Source: Candidatus Bathyarchaeia archaeon (lineage in GTDB: Archaea; Thermoproteota; Bathyarchaeia; Bathyarchaeales; Bathycorpusculaceae). Taken from it: 64,000 bases of DNA. This document shows positions 46,887 to 56,914 of this stretch, in pieces; positions within the stretch are counted from its first letter, which is position 1; the number at the start of each line of letters is the position of its first letter. The notes below the pieces were generated by a model, which did no database searches, was not told where the DNA came from, and was given only the letters and a program-made list of their open reading frames with translations. Made by a program: the position numbers and the translations under genes. The stretch is from positions 126,349-190,348 of the forward strand of contig JAVZNC010000004.1 of the NCBI GenBank assembly GCA_038882955.1, written 5' to 3'.

Positions 46887-48113
46887 TTAGGATTCGCTTG
46901 TTTCTATTTGCGTATCGTTCTTGTCGTAGATCATGTATGTTGTAACATTTGCCTTGTCTATTCCATTCCAGTTGTAAGTGTTCCCTATGGAGACAAGTTT
47001 TTGTGTTGGCGCTGCAATGTTGTAGCCTTTGTATTGGATGTTCTGTTCGAAAAGTGCGCCTATAAGCGTTATTGTTTCTGCGCATGGGTTTAATTCGCTG
47101 TAAATGTTTGGGCTATTGTCCGTGTAGAACATTCCGCCTATTACGGTGAGTTTGGACATTGGGCGATTTCTTATAAGTATGTTTGGGACGTTGCCGCCGG
47201 GTCCATTTTCAACCCAGCAGTTTGTCATTTCAAGTGTTGGCATAAGCGGGTTTTCGCCTGTTCCGCCTTCAACTATTATGTGCGCTTCGAACTCGGCACT
47301 CCACATGTTCTTACTTGACAAGAGGCAATTCGACAGTTTAAGCTGGGCAATGTTCTTTGCGAATACGTCTGCCTTCCTATGAAAGCCCATCAAGCAGTGG
47401 ATTAAGTTTATTTGACCGCCGGTGCGGTAGCCATCACAGAACTCGCCTATTTTCACGCCAAAATCGGTAACCGTTAGCGGTGGCTCGCTTGTGTCCTTTC
47501 GCCCATCAATCCAACAGTTAAATATTAGGCTGTCTTCGCATCCAGTAAAATCAATGTTCGCCAGCGTCGCGCCCCAAATTTTGCAGTTGCGGATTTGGTG
47601 GACTGGCACTTGGCTTGGAGTGCGTGAGGCATTTATACACTTTTGGGCTAACCCGTTGCCGTTTATGAATAAACCGTCAAAGTGGGCGTATCTAACATTG
47701 CGGATATCAAAAACCGTGTTCATGGGTTGAACTGCAACAATTTCAGCGCCGTTTCCAATTATGTAGAAATCCTCTTTCAGTGGAACTATGGGCTCGCTGA
47801 TTTCAAATCTTTGTCTCTTCAAATAAAGGCACAAGTAGCCGTCATCCAGCGCGTCTTGAATGTTCTCGTAGCGTTCTCCATCGCCAACGACAACTTCAGC
47901 AGTAAAAGACTCATTCAGAGAGAATTCGCCATATTGCGCGTAGCCACTTTTTATCCAACTTTCATAATCATTAAAGAAAACAAATTCATTTACGTCATCG
48001 CTTTGATTTTCACTTTCGTTTAACGTGAATGGGAGACTGCCAACAACAAGTATAAACGAGAAGGCAAATATTGCAAACATTTTGACAAGGACAAGCGATG
48101 AACGCATTTTCAA
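46887..48113 (-). CDS. Secreted right-handed beta-helix (pectin-lyase-like) protein
   Basis: Signal/TM segment; NIQDALDDG cap, IIGNGA, repeating NC.I/NCW stacks. Confidence 0.65.
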   Translation of the reverse strand: MKMRSSLVLVKMFAIFAFSFILVVGSLPFTLNESENQSDDVNEFVFFNDYESWIKSGYAQYGEFSLNESFTAEVVVGDGERYENIQDALDDGYLCLYLKRQRFEISEPIVPLKEDFYIIGNGAEIVAVQPMNTVFDIRNVRYAHFDGLFINGNGLAQKCINASRTPSQVPVHQIRNCKIWGATLANIDFTGCEDSLIFNCWIDGRKDTSEPPLTVTDFGVKIGEFCDGYRTGGQINLIHCLMGFHRKADVFAKNIAQLKLSNCLLSSKNMWSAEFEAHIIVEGGTGENPLMPTLEMTNCWVENGPGGNVPNILIRNRPMSKLTVIGGMFYTDNSPNIYSELNPCAETITLIGALFEQNIQYKGYNIAAPTQKLVSIGNTYNWNGIDKANVTTYMIYDKNDTQIETSES

Positions 48114-48237
48114 TCAGAATGGCGAATATCACGCTTGAATGGTAAGCCTTTGTATGTAACTCACGTAGACTTACAAGCAGTAAGCGCTCTGGCGTTCAAA
48201 AGCAATGCAAAGAAAGGAAAAGGACAAAGGCGTAGCG

Positions 48238-48498
48238 TTAAAGCTTCTTGTAAACTATGTCCTTTTCTCTTACACGCTGCGCAACCTTCAAACCTATGCT
48301 CTGTCCAGCCTCGGCTCTCTGAACATTCTTATGCTCTATCTGCATCGATTCCACAACTTGTTCAAAATCCGTTGTCGGCCCCTTTATAGTTATGCGATCC
48401 CCAACGGCCAGTGGCGCGGTAAGCTCAATAACTGCAACGCTTATTTTTGAGAAGAAATGTGTGATACGTCCAACTTCGATAATCTTTTCTTCGCCCAA
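48238..48498 (-). CDS. Small EF-Tu domain-II-like beta-barrel protein
   Basis: VGRITHFFSKISVAV...LAVGDRI.IKG...VESMQI...AEAGQSIG; TTG start after GGAG. Confidence 0.8.
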   Translation of the reverse strand: MGEEKIIEVGRITHFFSKISVAVIELTAPLAVGDRITIKGPTTDFEQVVESMQIEHKNVQRAEAGQSIGLKVAQRVREKDIVYKKL

Positions 48499-48544
48499 AC
48501 TTTCATCTCCAGAAAATAATTGCTGTTTCAGCATAAATAATTTA

Positions 48545-49834
48545 TCAGCAGACAACACCCAGCAGATGAGTACTAAAGGCTTCAACAACCTTCACACGCA
48601 AAGTTTTGCCAAGCATACCCACATTACCACCTTTAACAACAATCGGCTTATAAGCAAAGTTGCGCCCAACCCAAGAACCAGAAACCTTACCAACTTCGTC
48701 TACGAGAATTTCGCCTACCCAGCCAACCCAACGCTCATTCCTTTCAAAAGCTATTTTTCGGGCAAGACCCGCAGCTAGGCTGCTTCGCCGCTTAATTTCC
48801 TTCAAAGACACAAAATCGCTTTCCATGTTTGCGGCTGCTGTTCCTGGTCTTACAAAAAACTTTGAAACGTTAACTATATCTGGCTTAACCTCTTCAATTA
48901 GTCGGAGAGTACGCTTGAATGCTTCTTCAGTTTCGCCTGGAAAACCACATATCACATCTGTCGCTATCGTTATTTCTGGAACGCGCTTTCTGAACGCTTT
49001 AATGATTTTCGTGAAATCTTCAACCGAATAAAACCTTCTCATACGCTGTAAAACTTCGTTGTCGCCGCTCTGTACGGGTAAATGAAGAAACTTGAATATC
49101 TTCTCGTCTGCGAATGCTTCAATTAAACCATCAAGCATATCAATTACCATGTTAGGGGTCATCATACCGACGCGAATCTTAAAGTTTCCTTCGATGGCAC
49201 ATATTGCCTTGAGCAGTTCTGCAGGGTTTGTGCCTAAATCCCGCCCATAACATGCAATGTCTTGCGAGGTAATCCAGAACTCCCTAATGCCCAAAGCTAA
49301 ATCCCGCTTAACCCTTTCCACAATTTCGTTTATGCCATAGCTTCTCAAACGTCCCCTGGCAAAAACCACACAGCAGTACGCGCATGAACCCAAACAGCCA
49401 TAGTTTATTGGAATTATGCTCACAACTGGATTTATGGGCTTCCTCGGCAAATCTAAACAAGGTTTACTAGCCAAAGCATTTTCCAGAATTACAACTTTCT
49501 CACCGCTTAAAACCCGTCTCACAACACCAACTATTTCTTTACCAAAAGCTGGTCCAACAACACCATCAAAACGCACCTCGTTAGACAACCTCTCAAAATT
49601 TATAAGCGGCAAACAACCAGCAACCACAAGCTTCTTGCCGTTTGGCACGCGCCTCAAAACCTCAATCATGCGATTCTCTGTTGGACCCTTAACAGCACAA
49701 GTGTTATAGATTATCACATCAGCATCTAAAGGCGAGTTGACAAGCTCATAGCCAGCCTCCGCTAGACAACCAGCCAAAATTTCGCCGTCAGCCAAATTCG
49801 ACGAACAGCCAAAGCTTTTAACAAAGACACGCAT
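48545..49834 (-). CDS. mtaB: tRNA t6A37 methylthiotransferase (archaeal MtaB/CDKAL1 type)
   Basis: FGCSSN, NTCAVK, AGCL, CLGSCAYC, HLPVQSG, C-terminal TRAM domain. Confidence 0.92.
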   Translation of the reverse strand: MRVFVKSFGCSSNLADGEILAGCLAEAGYELVNSPLDADVIIYNTCAVKGPTENRMIEVLRRVPNGKKLVVAGCLPLINFERLSNEVRFDGVVGPAFGKEIVGVVRRVLSGEKVVILENALASKPCLDLPRKPINPVVSIIPINYGCLGSCAYCCVVFARGRLRSYGINEIVERVKRDLALGIREFWITSQDIACYGRDLGTNPAELLKAICAIEGNFKIRVGMMTPNMVIDMLDGLIEAFADEKIFKFLHLPVQSGDNEVLQRMRRFYSVEDFTKIIKAFRKRVPEITIATDVICGFPGETEEAFKRTLRLIEEVKPDIVNVSKFFVRPGTAAANMESDFVSLKEIKRRSSLAAGLARKIAFERNERWVGWVGEILVDEVGKVSGSWVGRNFAYKPIVVKGGNVGMLGKTLRVKVVEAFSTHLLGVVC

Positions 49835-50038
49835 TTACCATCGCAATACATTAAATGCTCCAAAAAGAGATAAAAACATAGGGGTCCCAAACTCACGAAA
49901 TTTACACAGAACTGAAACGGCATGCACATAAGATTTAAAAGAATAAAAACGAACATAATTAAAACATAATTAAAACATATTATATACAACTATAGGCACA
50001 CCGAAAGCGATTTTATGCCACCAAAAGGGGGAGATGCA

Positions 50039-50194
50039 ATGAAATTGATTACGCTGTATTTGCCTGAACCTTACATTAAGATGTTAGATCAGCTTGTTAA
50101 TGAGAAGTACTATCCTAACAGGGCGGAGGCCATTCGTGTGGCTATACGTGACTTAATTAACGGTGAGATTGAACGAAAGAAAAGGGTTGACTAA
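50039..50194 (+). CDS. cdrS: Ribbon-helix-helix cell-division regulator CdrS (51 aa; missed by ORF track)
   Basis: MKLITLYLPEPYIKMLDQLVNEKYYPNRAEAIRVAIRDLI...; ends 1 nt before the ftsZ ATG. Confidence 0.85.
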   Translation: MKLITLYLPEPYIKMLDQLVNEKYYPNRAEAIRVAIRDLINGEIERKKRVD

Positions 50195-50195
50195 C

Positions 50196-51302
50196 ATGAG
50201 TCCAATGGAACATGCGCTTAAGTATGCCCTTCAAAACGCTGGCACCGATGGAGTCGCATTAACGGACACATGTCATATAGCTGTTGTGGGCGTTGGCGGG
50301 GCTGGAAACAACACGTTGACAAGGCTTATGGAGATGGGTATATCAGGCGCAGAATGCATTGCCATAAACACGGATGCAATTCACTTGAGGGTTTCAAAGG
50401 CGCATAGAAAGGTCCTTATAGGCGAAAAGCTTACGCGCGGTCTTGGTGTTGGTGGAGACCCAAAACTTGGCAGAGCAGCCATTGAGGAGTCTAAGAAGAA
50501 TATTGAGGAGTTGCTTTCAAACGTGGACATAGTCTTTATAACAGCTGGTTTGGGCGGAGGTACCGGAACCGGCGCAGCGCCAGTTATTGCTGAGATTGCA
50601 AGGCGAAAGGGCGCAATTACCGTTGGTGTCGTCACAACACCCTTCAGAATTGAGAAGGGACGCATCGAGTATGCGGCTTTGGCTTTAAATGAAATGCGCA
50701 GACACTGTGACACCGTCGTCGTCATAGACAACAACAAGTTGATGCAGCTTGTGCCGCAGCTGCCCATAAACGAGGCTTTCAGGGTTGCAGACCAAGTTTT
50801 GGCGAACATGATTAAAGGAATAGTGGAAACAATTTCAGCGCCAAGCCTGATAAACCTTGACTTTGCAGACTTTAAGACGATAGTCAAGCGTGGAGGCGTA
50901 GCCGTCATAGGCGTCGGCGAATCGGACGCGCCGAACAGGGCGGAAGAAGCTGTAAGAAATGCCTTAAGGAGTCCGCTTTTGGATGTGGATTATGCTGGTG
51001 CGACTGGAGCGCTCATACACGTTACTGGAGACGCGCAAATGACGATTGAAGAGGCGAATCGTGTTGGCGAAATAGTAACGGAAATGATGGACCGCAACGC
51101 TCTTGTTATTTGGGGTGCAAGGGTCAATCCGGAAGAAAATGGCAAGCTTAGAGTAACCCTAGTAATGACGGGCGTGAATTCGCCGCACATCCTAAGTGGC
51201 TTCGGAACAATTGCGCCGCAACTCTTCAATCTTGAACCATACGCGGAACCGGAAAAACCGCTAAACATTCAGCTTGACCTCTACCAGATGGAGAACCTTT
51301 AA
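50196..51302 (+). CDS. ftsZ: Cell division protein FtsZ (FtsZ2-type context)
   Basis: GVGGAGNN, GLGGGTGTG, T7 loop NLDFAD. Confidence 0.97.
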   Translation: MSPMEHALKYALQNAGTDGVALTDTCHIAVVGVGGAGNNTLTRLMEMGISGAECIAINTDAIHLRVSKAHRKVLIGEKLTRGLGVGGDPKLGRAAIEESKKNIEELLSNVDIVFITAGLGGGTGTGAAPVIAEIARRKGAITVGVVTTPFRIEKGRIEYAALALNEMRRHCDTVVVIDNNKLMQLVPQLPINEAFRVADQVLANMIKGIVETISAPSLINLDFADFKTIVKRGGVAVIGVGESDAPNRAEEAVRNALRSPLLDVDYAGATGALIHVTGDAQMTIEEANRVGEIVTEMMDRNALVIWGARVNPEENGKLRVTLVMTGVNSPHILSGFGTIAPQLFNLEPYAEPEKPLNIQLDLYQMENL

Positions 51303-51334
51303 CAATCCTCAATTTTCCATATTTTTATGCACAA

Positions 51335-51976
51335 CTAGAAACTCTTTTTGAGGCGCAAAATTATTCTCTTAGACCTTAAACTTAACGGTATTGGTTCTCC
51401 AAAAGGCTTACAAAAACCTTTAGTTAAGGCTTCAATTATGCTTGTGATTTCAGGCTCAGCGTCAACAACAGTGTACGCATATCCTATTTCTGGACCGTAA
51501 TGCGCGTCGCTTCCAGCAACTTGCGCAACACCAAGTTCTTTAGCAAGCTCCTTGCTGCGCTCCACTGATTGCTTGAATGGGAATGCTGAAGCGTTTATCA
51601 CTTCCACAGCATCAAACTTCGCATTCATGTGCTTTCCGAGAGTGCTTTTGAACAAAGTTGTAGGGTGACAAGCGACAGCTAAACCTCCAGTGTCGTGTAT
51701 TTTGTCAACTGTTTCCTCAACGTTTAAGTCCGTTGGAATACTCTCACAAACATTAAGTCCTACAATATGCCCGCCCATGCTTGAAATTTCGATTCCCGGA
51801 ATTATCAAAAATTCTGTCTCCTTCGCGATTCTTAATGCGCCTTCAACAGTGTCATGGTCTGTTATGGCAACGCCATCCAATCCACGCTTTTTTGCGTAAT
51901 AAACGAGTTCTTTCGGCGTGATTAAACCGTCATAGGAGTATTGCGTGTGCACATGCAAGTCGATTTTTAGCTGCAA
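51335..51976 (-). CDS. PHP-family metal-dependent phosphoesterase
   Basis: DLHVHT, ITDHD, GIE, CHP and GSDAH motifs. Confidence 0.9.
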   Translation of the reverse strand: MQLKIDLHVHTQYSYDGLITPKELVYYAKKRGLDGVAITDHDTVEGALRIAKETEFLIIPGIEISSMGGHIVGLNVCESIPTDLNVEETVDKIHDTGGLAVACHPTTLFKSTLGKHMNAKFDAVEVINASAFPFKQSVERSKELAKELGVAQVAGSDAHYGPEIGYAYTVVDAEPEITSIIEALTKGFCKPFGEPIPLSLRSKRIILRLKKSF

Positions 51977-51991
51977 GTTTCCACAACCAGA

Positions 51992-53704
51992 CTAGGCGCT
52001 TTTAATTCCTTCTCTGATTTTCTCTAGCAGTTCGTCCAACTGCTGTGCGTTTGCTTCTATCTTCTTGAAGAGCGGTTTTGCTTTGGCTATTTTGTGTTTT
52101 GCGGGTAAGGGTTTTAGGGCTTCTTCCCACGTTTGCTCGTGAACGCTTCTAGGAAGGTTTAGCGTTTTCCAGACTTCTTCTGCCGTGAATGGAACAAATG
52201 GTGCGGAGACTATCGCCAAAGCTTTTACTATTTGAGCTGCCACGTATAGGACGTTTGCAGCCTTAGCCCTATCCTTCTTTATGATGTTCCATGGCTCCTT
52301 CTCGTTTAGATACTGGTTTCCAATGCGGCTTATGCTTATCAAAGTGTTTGCTGCCGACTGGAGTTTACATTCCTCGATTTCCCTGGCAATGTTTTCCACT
52401 TTCTCCTTAAGGATTTCAAGTATGCGCTTGTCATCTTCTTCTAGGTTTGATGGTTCTGGAATTTCGCCGCCGAACTTTGTGTTTATGAATGTTATTGTTC
52501 TGTGGATAAAGTTTCCAAATGTGTCGTTTAGGTCCGCGTTTATCTTTTCTGTGAAAAATTCCCAGGTAAAGTTTGAATCTTTTGTTTCTGGTCTCGTCGC
52601 CATTAAGAAGTAACGCCAATAATCCGCTGGGAAAAGCTCCAGCGCTTCGTCTATCCATATTCCCTTTCTTAGGCTTTTTGATGCTCTTTCGCCTTTGAAT
52701 TGGAGAAACTCTGTTGTTGAAACATTCCATGGTAGGATGTAGCCCTCTCGTGCGCCTAAAAGGAGCGCTGGAAAAATTATTGTGTGAAATGGTATGTTGT
52801 CCTTGCCTATGAAGAACAGTGTTTTAGCGTCTTTGTTGAACCAAAATTCCCTCCATTTTTCTGGTTCGCCGCGATTTTTGAAATGCTCGATTGTGGCTGA
52901 AACATAACCCAAAACAGCTTCAACCCAAACATAAATTGTCTTTTCTTCAGCTCCTGGAAAAGGCGCTGGGATTCCCCATTTGTTGTCTCGTGTGACTGCT
53001 CTTGGTTTTAAGCCTTCCTTTATGAGGTTTAGGCTGAAGTTTCTCGCGTTTGTTGGCAACTGCTCGTTATTCTTTATGTAATCTTCAAGTTCCTGTGAGA
53101 ACTTTAATAGGTCAAAGTAAAAATGTTTAGTCTTTTTCAACACTGGTGTTGTCTTGCATACTGCGCAGTACGGTTCGATGAGAAGCGTTGTTTCTAACAG
53201 TCTTCCGCATTCTGGGCATTGGTCTCCCCTTGCTGGAGTGTATCCGCAGTAGGGGCATTTTCCTTCAACGAATCTGTCTGGAAGGAAGCGCTTGCAGTTT
53301 TCGCAGTAAAGCATCTCCGTCTCCTTTTCGAATATGTAGCCGTTGTTGTAGAGTTTCATGAAGTGCTTTTGGACAAATTCTTTATGTGTTGGATTTTCTG
53401 TGCGCGTGTAGTTGTCGAAGGATATTCCCCACTTCTTGAAAAGTTCAACAACCCTCGCGTGAACCTTGTCAGTCAACTGTTTAGGCTGCACGCCAAGCCT
53501 AATCGCTTCAACCTCTATTGGCGTTCCATGCTCATCTGAACCGCTAACCATCACAACATCTTCGCCCTTCAGGCGGTAGTACCTAGCAACAACGTCTGTT
53601 GACAAAATCTGCAGCATAGTGCCCAAGTGTGGCGTGTAGTTTACATACGGCCAGGCAGACGCAACCAAAACTTTTCCGAGTTTCACGGCACCTCCAACAT
53701 CCAA
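51992..53704 (-). CDS. metG: Methionine--tRNA ligase (no C-terminal tRNA-binding domain)
   Basis: AWPYVN..PHLG, GSDEHG, zinc knuckles, YVWVEA, GKDNIPFH, RASKS. Confidence 0.95.
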   Translation of the reverse strand: MDVGGAVKLGKVLVASAWPYVNYTPHLGTMLQILSTDVVARYYRLKGEDVVMVSGSDEHGTPIEVEAIRLGVQPKQLTDKVHARVVELFKKWGISFDNYTRTENPTHKEFVQKHFMKLYNNGYIFEKETEMLYCENCKRFLPDRFVEGKCPYCGYTPARGDQCPECGRLLETTLLIEPYCAVCKTTPVLKKTKHFYFDLLKFSQELEDYIKNNEQLPTNARNFSLNLIKEGLKPRAVTRDNKWGIPAPFPGAEEKTIYVWVEAVLGYVSATIEHFKNRGEPEKWREFWFNKDAKTLFFIGKDNIPFHTIIFPALLLGAREGYILPWNVSTTEFLQFKGERASKSLRKGIWIDEALELFPADYWRYFLMATRPETKDSNFTWEFFTEKINADLNDTFGNFIHRTITFINTKFGGEIPEPSNLEEDDKRILEILKEKVENIAREIEECKLQSAANTLISISRIGNQYLNEKEPWNIIKKDRAKAANVLYVAAQIVKALAIVSAPFVPFTAEEVWKTLNLPRSVHEQTWEEALKPLPAKHKIAKAKPLFKKIEANAQQLDELLEKIREGIKSA

Positions 53705-53764
53705 CAGTTGCGTACAAGGATTATTGCTTTTCTATTACTTAAGAATTCACTAACGCTTGGTTAC

Positions 53765-54337
53765 TTATGCGCTTTGGCTTTCTTCCTTTTTAATTGCTGA
53801 CGGCGGCTTGTGTGTTGACAAGAATATTGTTGCCGATATCACTATTGTACAGACTATTAGCAGAACTGCTTGTATCGTGAAAAGCGCGACTATTTGCTCC
53901 ATGTAAGGCGAATTTTCCGAGACTTTAATTGCTGTAGCATCAAGTTTGGTTTCAAGTCCAAGGCTTGTCCCAATCTCTATGTCAACAGTTGTTTCTTGCG
54001 CTCTTCCATCGCTTGGAACATTGAAGGGTATAGCCAAAGTGGCTACACTGCCATCTGTGACGTTTTCGTTAACGCTGAAGGTTTCGTTGCCAACCCACTT
54101 GCCATCAATGTATGCCTGCCAAGACTTGTACCTCACAGTTATGTTCTTAATCTCAACCGTGCTTGCCCCGCTGTTGTAAAAGTTCACGTAGAGCGTGCCT
54201 CTTTCGCCTGGAACATAAATCTGTTTGTTCGTCCAAGCTGTTATGGTTTTAACATTTGCATCTGCGTGTGCAACTGCAAACAGCATGGGTATAATAAATA
54301 ACGCTAAGAGTAATGTTTCTTTCCTCAAACTGTCCAC
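53765..54337 (-). CDS. Secreted Ig-like protein with C-terminal TM anchor
   Basis: Signal peptide, beta-rich body, C-terminal TM helix. Confidence 0.7.
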   Translation of the reverse strand: MDSLRKETLLLALFIIPMLFAVAHADANVKTITAWTNKQIYVPGERGTLYVNFYNSGASTVEIKNITVRYKSWQAYIDGKWVGNETFSVNENVTDGSVATLAIPFNVPSDGRAQETTVDIEIGTSLGLETKLDATAIKVSENSPYMEQIVALFTIQAVLLIVCTIVISATIFLSTHKPPSAIKKEESQSA

Positions 54338-54366
54338 CTAGCCTCTTCATGTAAAGCCAAAGTTAT

Positions 54367-55599
54367 TTAAAACTTGCCAGACAAGCGCAAGGTCTCACGT
54401 AAAACCTCTTTTAGTCTTGCTGCTGGGGCATCTGACTTTATTCCCCTAGGATGAAAGTGCGTCAAAAGTGCTTGGAAACCTTCACCTCGTAAGCCATCCA
54501 GAACAGTTTTTAATGGTGGAACTTGTAAGTTTAAAGCGTCACATAACTTGTCCAAAACATAGTATGTTGGCGGAGCGCCAGCCTCACTTTTTACCAAAGC
54601 CAAAAGTTTCTCCACCCTTCCTTTCTGTCCAAGCCTTTTACTTGAAAGTTCCTTCTCCATCAACTCACAGAACTCCTCATCAGCTATTTTGCCAAGCCAC
54701 AATGGACCGCCAAAGCTAAGCTTTGCTCCGCACTCGGGACATTGGGGCGGCAATACATTTACAAAAAGTCCTTTGTGGGCTTCTCTGTGGAAGCAAGCGA
54801 AGCAGTGAAGAATATAACCCATATTTTTTATGCTTTCGTCAGCCATTTTTGCACCGTGCATTACTTTTGCGTAGACTCGTATGTAGTGGTCTGTGCTGTG
54901 ACTAAATAGAAGTTCTACGCCTATGTCGTATTTTGCCGCCGTTAAAGCCAAGCAACCAGCCAAAAGTCTAACGGCTAACTCGTGGCAATACTCCGTTCTT
55001 AAAGGCTTCCCATAATATCGCCTAACACAAGCCTTGGGATAAACTCCACACAAAGGCGCCATATCAGTCGCGGTTAAAGCCAAAAAGCCGCCGTTACGCA
55101 GCGCCCTCAACGCCGAATCCATGTAGGGAACTGGCGAACCAAAAGGGTCTATGTCTATTGCATCAAACCTTTTTCTAGGCGCCCCATGCACGCTTAAAAT
55201 GTAATTTGCATCTTCGTTGGTTAATTTCACACGGTCTTCAAGCCTATTCATTTCAACGTTGCACTTTGCAAGTTTGAACGCTTTGGCGTTTATGTCGTTG
55301 ATTAAAACTTCCTTCACATCTTCAACTTCAACAGCGAAACGTACGCCCCTAACACCGCAGCCGCCAAGCGGCTCACAAACCACAATTTCACGGTTAACAA
55401 TCCTCTGATAAGCTTGTAGGGCTAAAACTGCAATGTCACGGTTCAACTCCATAACGGGATTGAAAAAGACAGGCGCCCTAGAAGGCGCATACTCTGACGG
55501 CGACTTGACGAAAGCCTTCAACTTTGGAACTAAAACTTTCACTGCACCTTCATTGACAGTTTCTAATGGAAAATCCAAGTCGCAGAGTTTTCCGTTCAT
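54367..55599 (-). CDS. trm1: tRNA (guanine26-N2)-dimethyltransferase
   Basis: VFFNP.MELNRD, DIDPFGSP, TATD, CxxC...CPEC, GPLWLG. Confidence 0.95.
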   Translation of the reverse strand: MNGKLCDLDFPLETVNEGAVKVLVPKLKAFVKSPSEYAPSRAPVFFNPVMELNRDIAVLALQAYQRIVNREIVVCEPLGGCGVRGVRFAVEVEDVKEVLINDINAKAFKLAKCNVEMNRLEDRVKLTNEDANYILSVHGAPRKRFDAIDIDPFGSPVPYMDSALRALRNGGFLALTATDMAPLCGVYPKACVRRYYGKPLRTEYCHELAVRLLAGCLALTAAKYDIGVELLFSHSTDHYIRVYAKVMHGAKMADESIKNMGYILHCFACFHREAHKGLFVNVLPPQCPECGAKLSFGGPLWLGKIADEEFCELMEKELSSKRLGQKGRVEKLLALVKSEAGAPPTYYVLDKLCDALNLQVPPLKTVLDGLRGEGFQALLTHFHPRGIKSDAPAARLKEVLRETLRLSGKF

Positions 55600-55657
55600 C
55601 AGCCTGCTTTCTCCAGCAACTAAATCATTATAAAAGTGATATTAGACTTTCTCGCTT

Positions 55658-56215
55658 ATGGAAAAGCGAATAATACTTCTAACTGGAAGTCCAGGAATAG
55701 GAAAAACAACGGTGCTAACAAAGATTGTGCAAATTTTGAGAGAGAAAGGCTATACGGTAGGCGGAATGATAAGCCGAGAAGCTCGCTCTTGCGGAACACG
55801 CGTCGGCTTTGAAATTCTAGACATAGCCAGCTCAAGGCGCGGTTGGCTTGCCCACATCAATCAGCCCACGGGTCCAAGCGTTGGCAAGTACCGCGTCAAC
55901 ATTGAAGACCTAAACGGTGTTGGCGTAGACGCCATATTGAAGGCTGTTAGGGACGCTGATATAATAGTCATAGACGAGATTGGACCAATGGAGCTTTTCT
56001 CTGAAAAATTTAAACAAGCCGTGAAAACCGCTGTGGACAGCAAAAAGCCATTGATTGGCGTTGTCCATTGGAAGGCAAAAGACAAACTTATAGAAGAAAT
56101 TAAAGCCAGAGAAGACGCGGAAGTTCACGTTGTAAACTTTGAGAACAGAGATGAACTCCACGCGGTTATCGCCGAGAAAATCGCCTACTTGCTTAAAAGT
56201 GATAAAGCGTATTAG
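55658..56215 (+). CDS. THEP1-family NTPase
   Basis: TGSPGIGKTT, RVGF, VGKY and IDEIGPME motifs. Confidence 0.92.
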   Translation: MEKRIILLTGSPGIGKTTVLTKIVQILREKGYTVGGMISREARSCGTRVGFEILDIASSRRGWLAHINQPTGPSVGKYRVNIEDLNGVGVDAILKAVRDADIIVIDEIGPMELFSEKFKQAVKTAVDSKKPLIGVVHWKAKDKLIEEIKAREDAEVHVVNFENRDELHAVIAEKIAYLLKSDKAY

Positions 56216-56251
56216 CTTCAAAATGGAGTATTGTTTAGAAGGCGATTTTAA

Positions 56252-56914
56252 ATGTTAATTGCTGGAGTTGACGATGCTGGACGCGGCTCAGTAATTGGAC
56301 CGCTTGTTATTGCGGGAGTCCTACTTAAAGAGGAGAACATATCAAAACTTGTTGAATTAAAAGTTAGAGATTCAAAACTTCTTTCACCGCAGAGACGTGA
56401 ACACCTTGCAGTTGAAATTAAGCGCGTAGCAGAAAAGTACAGCGTTGTGAAGCTTTCGCCAATGGAAATTGACAAGGTTGTCATGTCTGGGAGAAAATTG
56501 CATAAGCTGAATAGGCTTGAGGCACAAGCCATGGCAAAGATTATAGAAATATTAAAGCCAGATGTCGCATACGTAGACGCATCGGATGTTTTGGAAGAAC
56601 GGTTCAAACAGCACATCTTAGAAGAGCTCTCAATTACGGTTCAAGTGATTTCAGAACATAAGGCTGATAGGAAATATCCAATAGTTTCAGCAGCCTCAAT
56701 AATAGCCAAAGTTGAAAGGGATAGGGAAATAGCGGAAATTGCCAAAAAATATGGGGATATTGGATGCGGCTACCCATCAGACCCCAAAACAATAATGTTC
56801 CTGCGAAAATGCCTAGAAGAGTTTGGAGAATACCCCGAGTTTGTTAGGAAGTCATGGAAGCCAGCCAAAAAAACAAAAAGCGAGAATACGCTGCGTCAAG
56901 CAAAACTTGTTTAA
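56252..56914 (+). CDS. rnhB: Ribonuclease HII
   Basis: GVDDAGRG, DSK, VSAASIIAKV.RD and GYPSDP motifs. Confidence 0.95.
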   Translation: MLIAGVDDAGRGSVIGPLVIAGVLLKEENISKLVELKVRDSKLLSPQRREHLAVEIKRVAEKYSVVKLSPMEIDKVVMSGRKLHKLNRLEAQAMAKIIEILKPDVAYVDASDVLEERFKQHILEELSITVQVISEHKADRKYPIVSAASIIAKVERDREIAEIAKKYGDIGCGYPSDPKTIMFLRKCLEEFGEYPEFVRKSWKPAKKTKSENTLRQAKLV

